A model generated the notes under the pieces. It was not told where the DNA came from. It did no database searches and worked only from the letters and a program-made list of their open reading frames with translations. Shown here piece after piece: positions 42,394 to 58,483 of a DNA stretch of 64,000 nucleotides (within the stretch, counting starts at the first letter, position 1; each line of letters begins with the position of its first letter). Source of the stretch: the human T2T-CHM13v2.0 reference genome, Homo sapiens. Both the position numbers and the translations under genes were made by a program. Location: assembly GCF_009914755.1 (NCBI RefSeq), contig NC_060931.1; one strand, written 5' to 3'.

Positions 42394-43400
42394 TTACCAC
42401 TTCTTGCTCTGGCCAAGGCATGATTCACCAAAAATATTTATTTACTTAATGTAAAAAATTCTTGAAGGAATTCAAACTCCAGCATCATCCACCTTTGTTG
42501 AAAGGGTGAGAGGTCTATTCTATCTACTAGACTTTATTTTTTCTTAGACAATGCCACACTAGAACATTGGATTTGCTCTGCTTCAGAGAGTTGGAGATTC
42601 CCAGGACTTTTATAGGAGTGTGGAGAGGCTCTATTTCCAGGATCTTTACCTATTTTTTTTTATTTCTGGGTTGACCGACATTGTCCACTCAGCACCTGGA
42701 AAGTTCTGAGCACTGTCCATGCACAATACTCTGATCAGAAAAAGACACTAGAAGGGTTTTTGAATCAATCTAAGGTCTAAATGACACAGGAATGTTATTC
42801 CTTGGCAACTAATCTCCATTATTTAATTTATATAACGCTTCCTTCTAACAAAAGGCTTCCAGGTGAAACTCTGGATAATCAGAGTGTGTTAATTTAGGCA
42901 TATTGTATCAAAAATATCAAAGTCATTATTTCCTTAGGAATTTGGACTTCTATTGGATAAGCTGTGTTATTATTGCTACAAAGTGTGTTTTTATATAAAG
43001 TTGTATATAAGAACATCTGTATGTATATTATTAATACCAGTGGCTAATAGGTACAAATGTCTTACATATACTATTCTGAAAATATGGTTGGAAGGTAAGT
43101 CAATCCTTCCTCGTTTGCTTCTTTTTCTTTTTTTTTTTTTACACTTTACTGCAATAATTTTCATTTTTTTGTTTGTTTTTTTTAAATGTATTATTATTAT
43201 ACTTTAAGTTTTAGGGTACGTGTGCACAATGTGCAGGTTAGTTACATATGTATACATGTGCCATGCTGGTGCGCTGCACCCACTAACTCGTCATCTAGCA
43301 TTAGGTATATCTCCCAATGCCGTCCCTCCCCCCTCCCCCCACCCCACAACAGTCCCCAGAGTGTGATGTTCCCCTTCCTGTGTCCATGTGTTCTCATTGT

Positions 43401-47244
<3,844 letters not shown>

Positions 47245-47292
47245 TTATTTTGCTCGTTAGTTGATGCAGTTTCTTCCTAGTCTTGATGGTCT

Positions 47293-48309
47293 TTACATTT
47301 TGGCATGATTTTGCAGCAGCTGGTACCGGTTGTTCCTTTCCATGTTTAGCACTTCCTTCAGGAGCTCTTTTAGGGCAGGCCTGGTGGTGACAAAATCTCT
47401 CAGCATTTGCTTGTCTGTAAAGTACTTTATTTCTCCTTCACTTATGAAGCTTAGTTTGGCTGGATATGAAATTCTGGGTTGACAATTCTTTTCTTTAAGA
47501 ATGTTGAATATTGGCCCCCACTCTCTTCTGGCTTGCGGAGTTTCTGCCGAGAGATCCGCTGTTAGTCTGATGGGCTTCCCTTTGAGGGTAACCCGACCTT
47601 TCTCTCTGGCTGCCCTTAACATTTTTTCCTGCATTTCAACTTTGGTGAATCTGACAATTATGTGTCTTGGAGTTGCTCTTCTCGAGGAGTATCTTTGTGG
47701 TGTTCTCTGTATTTCCTGAATCTGAACGTTGGCCTGCCTTGCTAGATTGGGGATGTTCTCCTGGATAATATCCTGCAGAGTGTTTTCCAACTTGGTTCCA
47801 TTCTCCCCATCACTTTCAGGTACACCAATCAGACGTAGATTTGGTCTTTTCACATAGTTCCATATTTCTTGGAGGCTTTGCTCTTTTCTTTTTATTGTTT
47901 TTTCTCTAAACTTCCCTTCTCGCTTCATTTCATTCATTTCATCTTCTATCACTGATACCCTTTCTTCCAGTTGATCGCATCGGCTCCTGAGGCTTCTGCA
48001 TTCTTCATGTAGTTCTCGAGCCTTGGTTTTCAGCTCCATCAGCTCCTTTAAGCACTTCTCTGTATTGATTATTCTAGTTATACATTCTTCTAAATTTTTT
48101 TCGAAGTTTTCAACTTCTTTGCCTTTGGTTTGAATGTCCTCCCGTAGCTCAGAGTAATTTGATCGTCTGAAGCCTTCTTCTCTCAGCTCATCAAAGTCAT
48201 TCTCAATCCAGCTTTGTTCCCTTGCTGGGGAGGAACTGTGTTCCTTTGGAGGAGGAGAGGCGCTCTGCTTTTTAGAGTTTCCAGTTTTTCTGCTCTGTTT
48301 TTTCCCCAT
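47293..48309 (-). CDS. L1 ORF1p, intact 338 aa
   Basis: MGKKQSRK...HAKM, canonical length, REKG, ARR and YPAKLS motifs retained. Confidence 0.95.
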   Translation of the reverse strand: MGKKQSRKTGNSKKQSASPPPKEHSSSPAREQSWIENDFDELREEGFRRSNYSELREDIQTKGKEVENFEKNLEECITRIINTEKCLKELMELKTKARELHEECRSLRSRCDQLEERVSVIEDEMNEMKREGKFREKTIKRKEQSLQEIWNYVKRPNLRLIGVPESDGENGTKLENTLQDIIQENIPNLARQANVQIQEIQRTPQRYSSRRATPRHIIVRFTKVEMQEKMLRAAREKGRVTLKGKPIRLTADLSAETPQARREWGPIFNILKEKNCQPRISYPAKLSFISEGEIKYFTDKQMLRDFVTTRPALKELLKEVLNMERNNRYQLLQNHAKM

Positions 48310-48764
48310 CTTTGTGATTTTATCTACTTTTGGTCTTTGATGATGGTGACGTACAGATGGGTTTTTGGTGTGGATGTCCTTTCTGTTTGTTAGTTTTCCT
48401 TCTAACAGACAGGACCCTCAGCTGCAGGTCTGTTGGAGTACTCGGCTGTGTGAGGTGTCAGTCTGCCCCTGTTGGAGGGTGCCTCCCAGATAGGCTGCTC
48501 GGGGGTCAGGGGTCAGGGAACCAGTTGAAGAGGAAGTCTGCCCGTTCTCAGATCTCCAGCTGCATGCTGGGAGAACCACTGCTCTCTTCAAAGCTGTCAG
48601 ACAGGGACATTTAATTCTGCAGAGGTTACTGCTGTCTTTTTGTTTGTCTGTGCCCTGCCCCAAGAAGTGGAGCCTACAGAGGCAGGCAGGCCTCCTTGAG
48701 CTGTGGTGGGCTCCACCCAGTTCGAGCTTCCCGGCTGCTTTGTTTACCTAAGCAAGCCTGGGCA

Positions 48765-49019
48765 ATGGCGGGCGCCCCTCCCCCGGCCTTGCTGCTGCCT
48801 TGCAGTTTGATCTCAGACTGCTGTGCTAGCAATCAGCAAGACTCCGCGGGCATAGGACCCTCCGAGCCAGGTGCGGGATATAATCTCCTGGTGCGCCATT
48901 TTTTAAGCCCGTCGGAAAAGCGCAATATTCGGGTGGGAGTGACCCAATTTTCCAGGTGCCATCTGTCACCCCTTTCTTTGACTAGGAAAGGGAACTCCCT
49001 GACCCCTTGCGCTTCCTGA
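48765..49019 (+). CDS. L1 antisense ORF0 (84-aa form)
   Basis: MAGAPPPALLLPCSLISDCCASNQQDSAGIGPSEPG... matches the ORF0 N-terminus; ATG context gcaATGg. Confidence 0.7.
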   Translation: MAGAPPPALLLPCSLISDCCASNQQDSAGIGPSEPGAGYNLLVRHFLSPSEKRNIRVGVTQFSRCHLSPLSLTRKGNSLTPCAS

Positions 49020-49195
49020 GTGAGGCAATGCCTCGCCATGCTTCGGCTCGTGCATGGTGCGCGCACCCACTGACTTGCGCCCAGTGTCTGGCACTCCCTA
49101 GTGAGATGAACCCGGTACCTCAGATGGAAATGCAGAAATCACCTGTCTTCTGTGTCGCTCACAGTGGGAGCTGTAGACTGGAGCTGTTCCCATTC

Positions 49196-49206
49196 GGCCA
49201 TCTTGG
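49196..49206 (-). promoter_or_regulatory. YY1 site at the L1 5' end
   Basis: ccaagatggcc on the minus strand, intact. Confidence 0.8.
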
Positions 49207-49604
49207 CTCCTTCGCCTTCGTTTGTTTCATTCTAGACAGAGTTGCACTTTGACTTTAAGAAGCTAAAAATTTGTCTATTACCATTCATATAATAGCCTTG
49301 TTATGGAAAAATCATTTGTATTGACCACTAATTCAGGTAGAAAGAAGCAATTCCTACATATAGAACACTTCTCTCTTCCTGAAAGGCATCTGTATTTACT
49401 GACAAAATGAAATCGTTTTATGGGTAATACAAAAGTGATTCTGAAGTGTCTGTTTTAGCAAAGAAATAGTCTTTTAATGTGTTATTTTAAATGTTTTATT
49501 CATTATTATAACCATGTACTCAGGGGTCCTTAGATGAGATACGCCTTATAACTTTTAAAAAAATGTAATATAAAATATAAGCTATTTTTTTCTGGGTTAT
49601 TGTC

Positions 49605-49720
49605 TCCTTGTTAGTGGTGAATCAGTGAGTGGTGAGGAAATGTGAAGGCCTAGGATACAACTATTTACTATTGTAGACTTTATAAGGACTATACCCTTGG
49701 GCTTCATGAAATTTATAATT
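49605..49720. mobile_element. Tigger3b/GOLEM-type DNA transposon, left piece
   Basis: gtgagtggtgaggaaatgtgaaggcctagga...tgtagactttataa; continues after the L1 at 56460. Confidence 0.7.
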
Positions 49721-49721
49721 T

Positions 49722-52700
49722 TTTAAATTTTTAAAAAAATTTTACTTTAAGTTCTGGGATACATGTGCAGAGCATGCAGATTTGTTACATAGGTATACAT
49801 GTGCCATGGTGGTTTGCTGTACCCATCAACCCATCATCTACATTAAGTATTTCTCCTAATGCTATCCCTCCCCTAGCCCCCTACTACCTGACAGGCCCCC
49901 TGTGTGTAATGTTTCCCTCCCTGTGTCCATGTGTTCTCATTGTTCGACTCCCACTTATGAGTGAGAACACGTGGTGTTTTGTTTTCTGTTCCTGTGTTAG
50001 TTTGCTTAGAATGATGGTTTCCAGCTTCATCCATGTCCCTGCAAAGGACATGAACTCATCCTTTTTTATAGCTGCATAGTATTCCATGGTGTATATGTGT
50101 CACATTTTCTTTATCCAGTCTATCATTGATGGGCATTTCTGTTGGTTCCAAGTCTTTGCTATTGTGAATAGTGCTGCAATAAACATATGCATGTATGTGT
50201 CTTTATAGTAGGATGATTTATACTTCTTTGGATATATATACCCAGTAATGGGATGGCTGGGTCAAATTGTATTTCTGGTTCTAGATCCTTGAGGAATCGC
50301 CACACTGTCTTCCTCAATGGTTGAGCTAATTTACACTCCCACCAACACTGTAAAAGCGTTTCTATTTCTCCACATCTTCTCCAGCATTTGTTGTTTCCTG
50401 ACTTTTTAATGATCACCATTCTAACTGGCGTGAGATAGTATCTCATTGTGGTTTTTAATTTGCATTTCTCTAATGACCAGTGATGAGCTTTTTTTTTAAT
50501 ATGTTTTTTGGCCACATAAATGTCTTCTTTCGAGAAGTGTCTGTTCATATCCTTTGCCCACTTTTTGATGGGATTATTTTTTTCTTGTAAATTTGTTTAA
50601 GTTATTTGTAGATTCTGGATATTAGCCCTTTGTCAGATGGATAGATTGCAAAAATTTTCTCCCATTCTGTAGGTTGTCTGTTCACTCTGATGATAGTTTC
50701 TTTTGCTGTGCAGAAACTCTTTAGTTTAATTAGGTCCCATTTGGCAATTTTGGCTTTTGTTGCCATTGCTTTTAGTGCTTTAGTCATGAAGGCTTTGCCA
50801 TGCCTATGTCCTGAATGGTATTGCCTAAGTATTCCAGGGTTTTTATGGTTTTAGATCTTATGTTTAAGTCTTTAATCCATACTGAGTTAATTTTTGTATA
50901 AGGTGTAAGGAAGGGGTCCAGTTTCTGTTTTCTGCATATGGCTAGCCAGTTTTCCCAGCACCATTTATTAAATAGAAAATCCTTTCCCCGTTGCTTGTTT
51001 TTGTCAGGTTTGTCAAAGATCAGATGGTTGTAGATGTGTGGCATTATTTCTCAGGCCTCTGTTATGTTCCATTGGTTTATATAACTGTTTTGGTACCACT
51101 ACCATGCTGTTTTGGATACTGCATCCTTGTAGTATAGCTTGAAGTCAGGTAGCGTGATGCCTCCAGCTTTGTTCTTTTTGCTTAGGATTGTCTTGGCTAT
51201 ACGGGCTCTTTTTTGGTTCTATATGAAATTTAATGTAGTTTTTTCTAATTCTGCAAAGAACGTCAATGGTAGCTTGATGGGGATAGCATTGAATCTATAA
51301 ATTACTTTGGGCAATATGGCCAGTTTCACAATATTGACTCTTCCTATCCATGAGCATGGAATGTTTTTCCCATTTATTTTGTCCTCTCTTATTTCCTTGA
51401 GCAGTGATTTGTTATGATTTCCGTTCTTTTGTATTTGCTGAGGAATGTTTTACTTTCAAGTATGTGGTCAATTTTAGAATAAGTGTGATGTGGTGCTAAG
51501 AAGAATGTATATTCTGTTGATTTGGGGTGGAGAGTTCTGTAAATGCCTCTTAGGTCCTCTCGGTCCAGAGCTGAGTTCAAGTCCTGAATAGCCTTGTTAA
51601 TTTTCTGTCTCATTGATCTGTCTAATATTGACCGTGGGGTATTAAAGACTCCCACTTTTGTGTGGAAGTCTAAGTCTCTTTGTAGTTCTCCTTGAAGAGG
51701 TCCTTCATATCCCTTGTAAGTTGTATTCCTAGGTATTTTATTCTCTTTATAGCAATTGTGAATGGGGGTTCACTCATGATTTGGCTCTCTGTCTGTTATT
51801 GGAGTATAAAAATGCTTGTGATTTTTGCACATTGATTTTGTATCCTGATACTTTGCTGAAGTTGCTTATCAGCTTAAGGACATTTTGGGCTGAGACCATG
51901 GGGTTTTCTAAATATAAAATCATGTCATCTGCAAACAGGGACAATTTGACTTCCTCTCTTCCTATTTGAATTTCCTTTCTTTCTTTCTCTTGCCTGATTG
52001 CCCTGGCCAGAACTTCCAATACTATGTTGAATAGGAGTGGTGAGTGAGGGCATCCTTGTCTTGTGCCAGTTTTCCAAGGGAGTGCTTCTAGCTTGTGCCC
52101 ATTCAGTATGACATTGGCTGTGGGTTTGTCATAAATAGCTCTTAGTATTTTAAGATATGTTCCATCAATACCTAGTTTATTGAGAGTTTCTAGCATGAAG
52201 GGTTGAGTTTTATTGAAGGCCTTGAGCAGGTATTGAGATAATCATGTGGTTTTTGTCATTGGTTATGTTTATGTACTGTATTATGTTTACTGATTTGTGT
52301 ATGTTGAACCAGCCTTGCATCCCAGGGATGAAGCCGACTTGATCATGGTGGATAAGCTTTTGGATGTGCTGCTGCATTTGGTTTGCCAGTATTTTATTGA
52401 GGATTTTCACATTGATGTTCATCAGGGATATTGGCCTGAAATTTTCATTTTTTGTTGTGTCTCTGCCAGGTTTTGGTACCAGGATGATGCTGGCCTCATA
52501 AAATGAGTTAGGGAGGACTCCCTCTTTTTCTGTTGTTTGGAATCATTTCAGAAGGAATGGTACCAGCTTCTCTTTGTACCTCGGTAGAATGCTACTGTGA
52601 ATTCATCTGGTTCTGGGCTTTTTTTGGTTGGTAGGCTGTTAATTACGCCTTAATTTCAGAACTCATTATTGGTCTATTCAGGGATTCAATTTCTTCTTTG

Positions 52701-55700
52701 TTTAGTCTTGGGAGGGTGTATGTGTCCAGGAATTTATCCATTTTTTCTAGATCTTCTAGTTTATTTGCATAGAGTTGTTTATAGTATTCTCTAATAGTAG
52801 TTTGTATTTCTATGGGATCAGTGGTGATATCCCCTTTATCATTTTTATTGTGCCTATTCGATTCTTCTCTTTTATTCTTTATTTGTCTTCCTAGCCATGT
52901 ATTTTGTTAATCTTTTCAAAAAACCAACTCCTGGATTCATTGATTTTTTGAAGGATTTTTTGTGTCTCTATCTCCTTCAGTTCTGCTCTGATCTTAGTTA
53001 TTTCTTGTCTTCTGCTAGCTTTTGAATTTGTTTGCTCTTGCTTCTCTAGTTTGTTTAATTGTGATGTCAGGGTGTTGATTTTAGATCTTTCCTCCTTTCT
53101 CCTGTGGGCATTTAGTGCTATAAATTTCCCTCTAAACACTGCTTTAGCTGTATCCCAGAGATTCTAGTATGTTGTGTCTTTGTTCTCACTGGTTTCAAAG
53201 AACTTATTTATTTCGGCCTTCATTTTGTTATGTACCCAGTAGTCATTCAGGAGCAGGTTGCTCAGTTTCCAGGTAGTTGTGCAGTTTTGAATGAGTTTCT
53301 TAATCTTGAGTTCTAATTTGATGGCACTGTGGCCTGAGAGACTGTTTGTTATGATTTCTGTTATTTTGCATTTGCTCAGGAGAGTTTTACTTTCAATTAT
53401 GTAGTCAATTTTAGGATAAGTGTGATGTGGTGCTGACAAGAATGTATATTCTGTTGATTTGGGATGGAGAGTTCCGTAAATGCCTATTAGGTCCTCTTGG
53501 TCCATAGCTGAGTTCAAGTCCTGAATATCCTTGTTAGTTTTCTGTCTCATTGATCTGTCTAATATTGACAGTGGGGTGTTAAAGTCTCCCACATTTGTGT
53601 GACAGTCTAAGTCTCTTTTTAGGTGTCTAAAAATTTGCTTTATGAATATGGGTGCTCCTATATTGGGTGCATATATATTTAGGATATTTAGCTCTGCTTG
53701 TTACATTGATCCCTTTACCATTATGTCATGCCCTTCTTTGTCTTTTTTGGTCTTTGTTGGTTTAAAGTCTGTTTTCTCAGAGACTAGGATTGCAACCCCT
53801 ACCTTTTTTTTTTTATGCTTTCCATTTGCTTGGTAAATATTCCTCTATCCCTTTATTTTGAGCGTGCGTGTGTGTTTGCATGTCAGATGGGTCTCCTGAA
53901 TACAGCAGATCGATGAGTCTTAACTCTATCCAATTTGCCAGTGTGTGTCTTTTAATTGGAGCTTTTAGCCCATTTACATTTAAAGTTAATATTGTTGTGT
54001 GTGAATTTGATCATGTCAGTATGATGCTAGCTGGTTATTTTGCCTGTTACTTGATGCAGTTTCTTCATAGTGTTGATGGTCTTTACAGTATGGTATGTTT
54101 TTGCAATGGCTGGTACTGGTTTTTCCTTTGTATATTTAGTGCTTCCTTCAGGAGCTCTCGTAAGGCAGGCCTGGTGGTGACAAGATATCTCAGCATTTGC
54201 TTGTCTGTAAAGGATTTTTATTTCTTCTTCACTTATGAAGCTTAGTTTGGCTGGATATGAAATCCTGGGTTGAAAATTCTTTTGTTTAAGAATGTTAAAT
54301 ATTGGCCCCCAGTCTCTTGTGGCTTGTAGGGTTTCTGCAGAGAGATCCACTCTTAGTCTGATGGGCTTCCCTTTGTGGGTAACCTGACCTTTCTCTCTGG
54401 CTGCCCTTAACATTTTTTCCTTCATTTCAACCTTGGTGAATCTGACAATTATGTGTCTTGGGATGGCTCTTCTTGAGGAATATCTTTGTGGCATTCTCTG
54501 TATTTCGTGGATTTGAATGTTGACCTGTCTTGCTAGATTGGGGAAGTTCTCCTGGATAATATCCTGAAGAGTGTTTTCCAACTTGTTTCCATTCTCTCTG
54601 TCACTTTCAGGTACACCAGTCAAAGGTAGGTTTGTTTTATTCACACGTTCACATATTTCTTGGAGGCTTTGTTCATTCCTTTTCATTCTTTTTTCTCTAA
54701 TCTTGTCTTCACACTTTATTTCATTAAGTTGATCTTCAATCTCTGATATCCTTTCTTCCACTCGGTAGATTCAGCTACTGATACTCGTGTATGTTTCATG
54801 AAGTTCTCGTGCTGTGTTTTTCAGCTCCATCAGGTCATTTATGTTCTTCTCTAAATTGGTTAATCTAGTTAGCAATTCATCCAACCTTTTTTCAAGGTTC
54901 TTAGCTTCCTTGCATTGGGTTAGAACATGCTCCTTTAGCTTGGGGGAGTTTACTATTACCAACCTTCTGAAGCCTACTTCTGTCCATTCGTCAAACTCAT
55001 TCTCCGTCCAGTTTTGTTCCCTTGCTGGTGAGGAGTTGTCATCATTTGGAGGAGAAGAGGCATTTTGGATTTGGAATTTCAGTCTTTTGCACTGGTTTTT
55101 CCTCATCTTTATCTACCTTTGGTCTTTGATGTTGGTGACCTTTGGATGGGGTTTCTGTGTGGATGTCCTTTTTGTTGAGGTTGATGCTATTCCTTTCTAT
55201 TAGTTTTCCTTCTAACAGTTAGGACCCTCTGCTGCAGGTCTGTTGGAGTTTGCTGGAGGTCCACTCCAGACCCTGTTTGGCTGGGTATCACCAGAGGAGG
55301 CTGCAGAACAGCAAAGATTGCTGCCTGTTCCTTCCTCTGGAAGCTTTGTCCCAGAGGGACACCTGCCAGATACCAGCTGGAGCTCTCCTATATGAGGTGT
55401 CTGTCGACCCCTGCTTGGGGGTATCTCCCAGTCAGGAGGCACGGGAGTGAGGGACCCACTTGAGGAGGCAGTCTGTCCCTTAGCAGAGCTCAAGTGCTAT
55501 GCTGGGAGATCTGCTGCTCTATTCAGAGCCAGCAGGCAGGAACATTTAAGTCTGCCAAAGCTGTGCCCACAGCTACCACTTCCCCCAGGTGCTCTGTCTC
55601 AGGAAGATGGGAGTTTTATCTATAAGCCCCTGACTGGGGCTGCTGCCTTTCTTTCAGAGATGCCCTGACCAGGGAGAAGGAATCTAGAGAGGCACATTGG

Positions 55701-56015
55701 CTACAGTAGGTTTGCTGAGCTGTGGTGGGCTTCACCCAATCCGAACTTCCCCCAGCAGCTTTGTTTACACTGTGAGGGGAAAATCGCCTACTCAAGCCTC
55801 AATAATTGTGGATGTTCCTCTCCCCACCAAGCTCAAGCATCCCAGGTCGACTTCAGACTGCTGTGCTGGCAGCAAGAATTTCAAGCCAGTGGATCTTAGC
55901 TTGCTGGGCTCCTTGGGGGTGGGATCCACTGAGCAAGACCACTTGGCTCCCTGGTTTCATCCCCCTTTCCAAGGGAGTGAACGGTTTCGTCTCACTGGAG
56001 TTCCAGGCACCAGTG

Positions 56016-56054
<39 letters not shown>

Positions 56055-56455
56055 CTGCAGCTAGCTCTTTGTCTGCCCAAATGGCCACCCAGTTCTTTGC
56101 TTGAAACTCAGGGCCCTGGTGGTATAGGCACCCGAGGGAATCTCCTGGTCTGTGGGTTGTGAAGACTATGGGAAAAGTGTAGTATCTGGGCCAGAATGCA
56201 CCGTCCTTCAAGGCACATTCTCTCACAGCTTCCTTTGGCTAGAGGAGGGAGTTCCCTGACCCCTTGTGCTTCCTGGGTGAGGCAACACCCCACCCTGCTT
56301 CTGATTGCCTTCCATGGGCTGCACGCACTGTCTAACCATTCCCTGTGAGATGAGCTGCGTACCTCAGCTGGAAATGCAGAAGTCACCCGCCTTTTGCATT
56401 GATCTTGCTGGGAGCTGCAGACTGGAGCTGTTCCTATTTGGTCATCTTGCCAGTC
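49722..56455 (-). mobile_element. Full-length older LINE-1 (L1PA7/L1PA8-type), both ORFs disrupted, with an internal 271-nt duplication
   Basis: 3'UTR aagttctgggatacatgtgcag...ccctcccctagcccc; fragmented ORF2 (50-54 kb) and ORF1 (54.1-55.1 kb); long 5'UTR ending ggtcatcttgccag. Confidence 0.93.
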
Positions 56456-56459
56456 ACCT

Positions 56460-56850
56460 ATTTTCCTCTTTTTTCTTTCTTTAAAATAACCTTAGCATAC
56501 TGTACCTTTTTTCTTTATAAACTTTTAATTTTTTAAAACTTTTGATTATTGTGTAATAACACTTAGGTTAAAACACAAACACACTATAAAGCTGTACAAA
56601 ATATTTTCTTTCTTTCCATCCTTATTCTATAAACTTTTTCTATTTTTTAAATTTTTATATCTTTTGCTTTTTAAACATTTTTAAAAATGAAGACACAAGC
56701 ACACATATTAGCCTAGGCCTACACAGGGTCAGCATCATCAAGACATTATTAGGTGATAGGAATTTTTCAGCTCCATTATAATCTCCTGGGACCACCATTG
56801 TATATGCAGTCCATCTTTGTCTGAACATCAGTAGGCAGTGTGTGACTGTA
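56460..56850. mobile_element. Tigger3b/GOLEM-type DNA transposon, right piece
   Basis: cacacatattagcctaggcctacacagggtcag...aatttttcagctccattataatct...gactgta terminus. Confidence 0.8.
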
Positions 56851-57254
56851 CCTCTAAAGATGACCACAGAGTTGTCAGAATTATGCTAATTCCCACTTCA
56901 GTTTGTTTGGATTATTTGAGCTGATGTAATGTTTCCAGTCAGGAGACAAGTATAGAATAGCAGTGCACATTCTGAAAGCCTTATTTTCCTTTCTCCTTCA
57001 GGGTTTCATAACCTAACTTGGCATAATAGGTCTCATGTGTTGTGCTCAAACTGCATGTAACGCTATATTTATGCCTTATATTTGTAGCCCCTATATTTAT
57101 ACCTTAGTATAAAAGAAATGAAGGAAATAAGTGCATATCCTCTTATCTGATTTTTACCCAGAATTACATAGATAGCTTGCCATTGTTTGGATGGCAAGAA
57201 GAATAAATACAGGCATGTATTTATCCCCATGACATGCACTACATACAAATTTTT

Positions 57255-57410
57255 CAGTTTTGTCTTCACAAAAACCCAATGAGTTAGGTATTATCTAAAT
57301 TTTTTAAATGGATAAAATGTGGCTCTAAGAGATAGACAATGATGAAGTAGCAGGATTTGCATTTAGACCTATGATCTCTGACTGCAAAGCCCATTCTCTT
57401 AGTTCCTATG
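57255..57410 (-). mobile_element. MIR SINE
   Basis: tcttcacaaaaacccaatgagttaggtattatc...caggatttgcatttagacc...tctgactgcaaagccca. Confidence 0.55.
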
Positions 57411-57569
57411 TAATACAGGCTCCTGGAGCCTACTGGGTTAAGAGAGAGCCATGAAGCTCCTTTTCTGCTTTTCCATTGTTAATGCAGCTCTGTGGTACCT
57501 GAAGCACTGCTTTGCATGAAGGAAATGATGTACCTTTTTTGTTGCTTGTTTTTTGCTTTTGTTTTTTTT

Positions 57570-58483
57570 TTCCTTTAAATTTATTTATTTATTCCCAGCT
57601 TTACTGATATGTAATTGACCAATAAAAATGGTATATACTCAAGGCTTATAATGTGATGTTTTGATTTATGTATACACTGTGAAATGATTACCACAACCAA
57701 GCTAATTAAAATATCCATTACCTCACATAGTTACCATTTTGTGTGTGTGTATGTAGTGAGAACTCTCCTACTCTCTTAGCAAATTTCAAGTATAGAATAC
57801 ATTGTTAATAACTGTAGTCACCATGTTGTACATTAGAACTCCAGAACTTATTCATCACATAATCAAATGTTTGTATCCTTTAACAAACATCTTTCAATTT
57901 CCTCCATTCCCCAGCCTCTGGCAAATACCAGTCTACTTCCTGTTTCTGAGTTCCACTTATTTGGATTCCACATACAAGTGAGATCATGCAGTATTTGTTT
58001 CTGTCTAGCTTATTTTACTTAGCACAATGTCCTGTAGGTTCATCCATGCTGCTACAAATGACAGGATTTCCTTCTTTCTTAATAATTTTCTCATCCATTA
58101 TGCATATTTCTCATTAATTATATAGCTCATATCTTCTTTTTCCATTCATCCCTTGATGGACACTTAGGTCTATATCTTGGCAATTGTGAATAATGCTGCA
58201 ATGAATATAAAATGCAGATTTTTTTTGAGACCCTGATTTCATTTTCTTTGGATATAAACCCAGAAGTGGGATTGCTGGATCAAATGGTAGTTCTATTTGT
58301 AGTTGTAGTTTTTTGAGGAATCTCCAGATTGTTTTCCATAATCTCTCTACCAAGTTATAATCCCATCCACAGTGTACAGCTGTTCCCTTTCTCCACATCG
58401 TGTTCAGCACTGATTATTGTTTGACCTTCTCATAATAGTTATGCTGACAGGTGTGAGGTGATATATCACTGTTGTTTTGATTT
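57570..58483 (-). mobile_element. L1MA9/10-type 3' fragment
   Basis: gtgaaatgattaccacaaccaagctaatt...; ORF 58114-58410 gives an ORF2 C-terminal remnant (WRFLKKL...PFDPAIPLLGLYPK). Confidence 0.85.
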
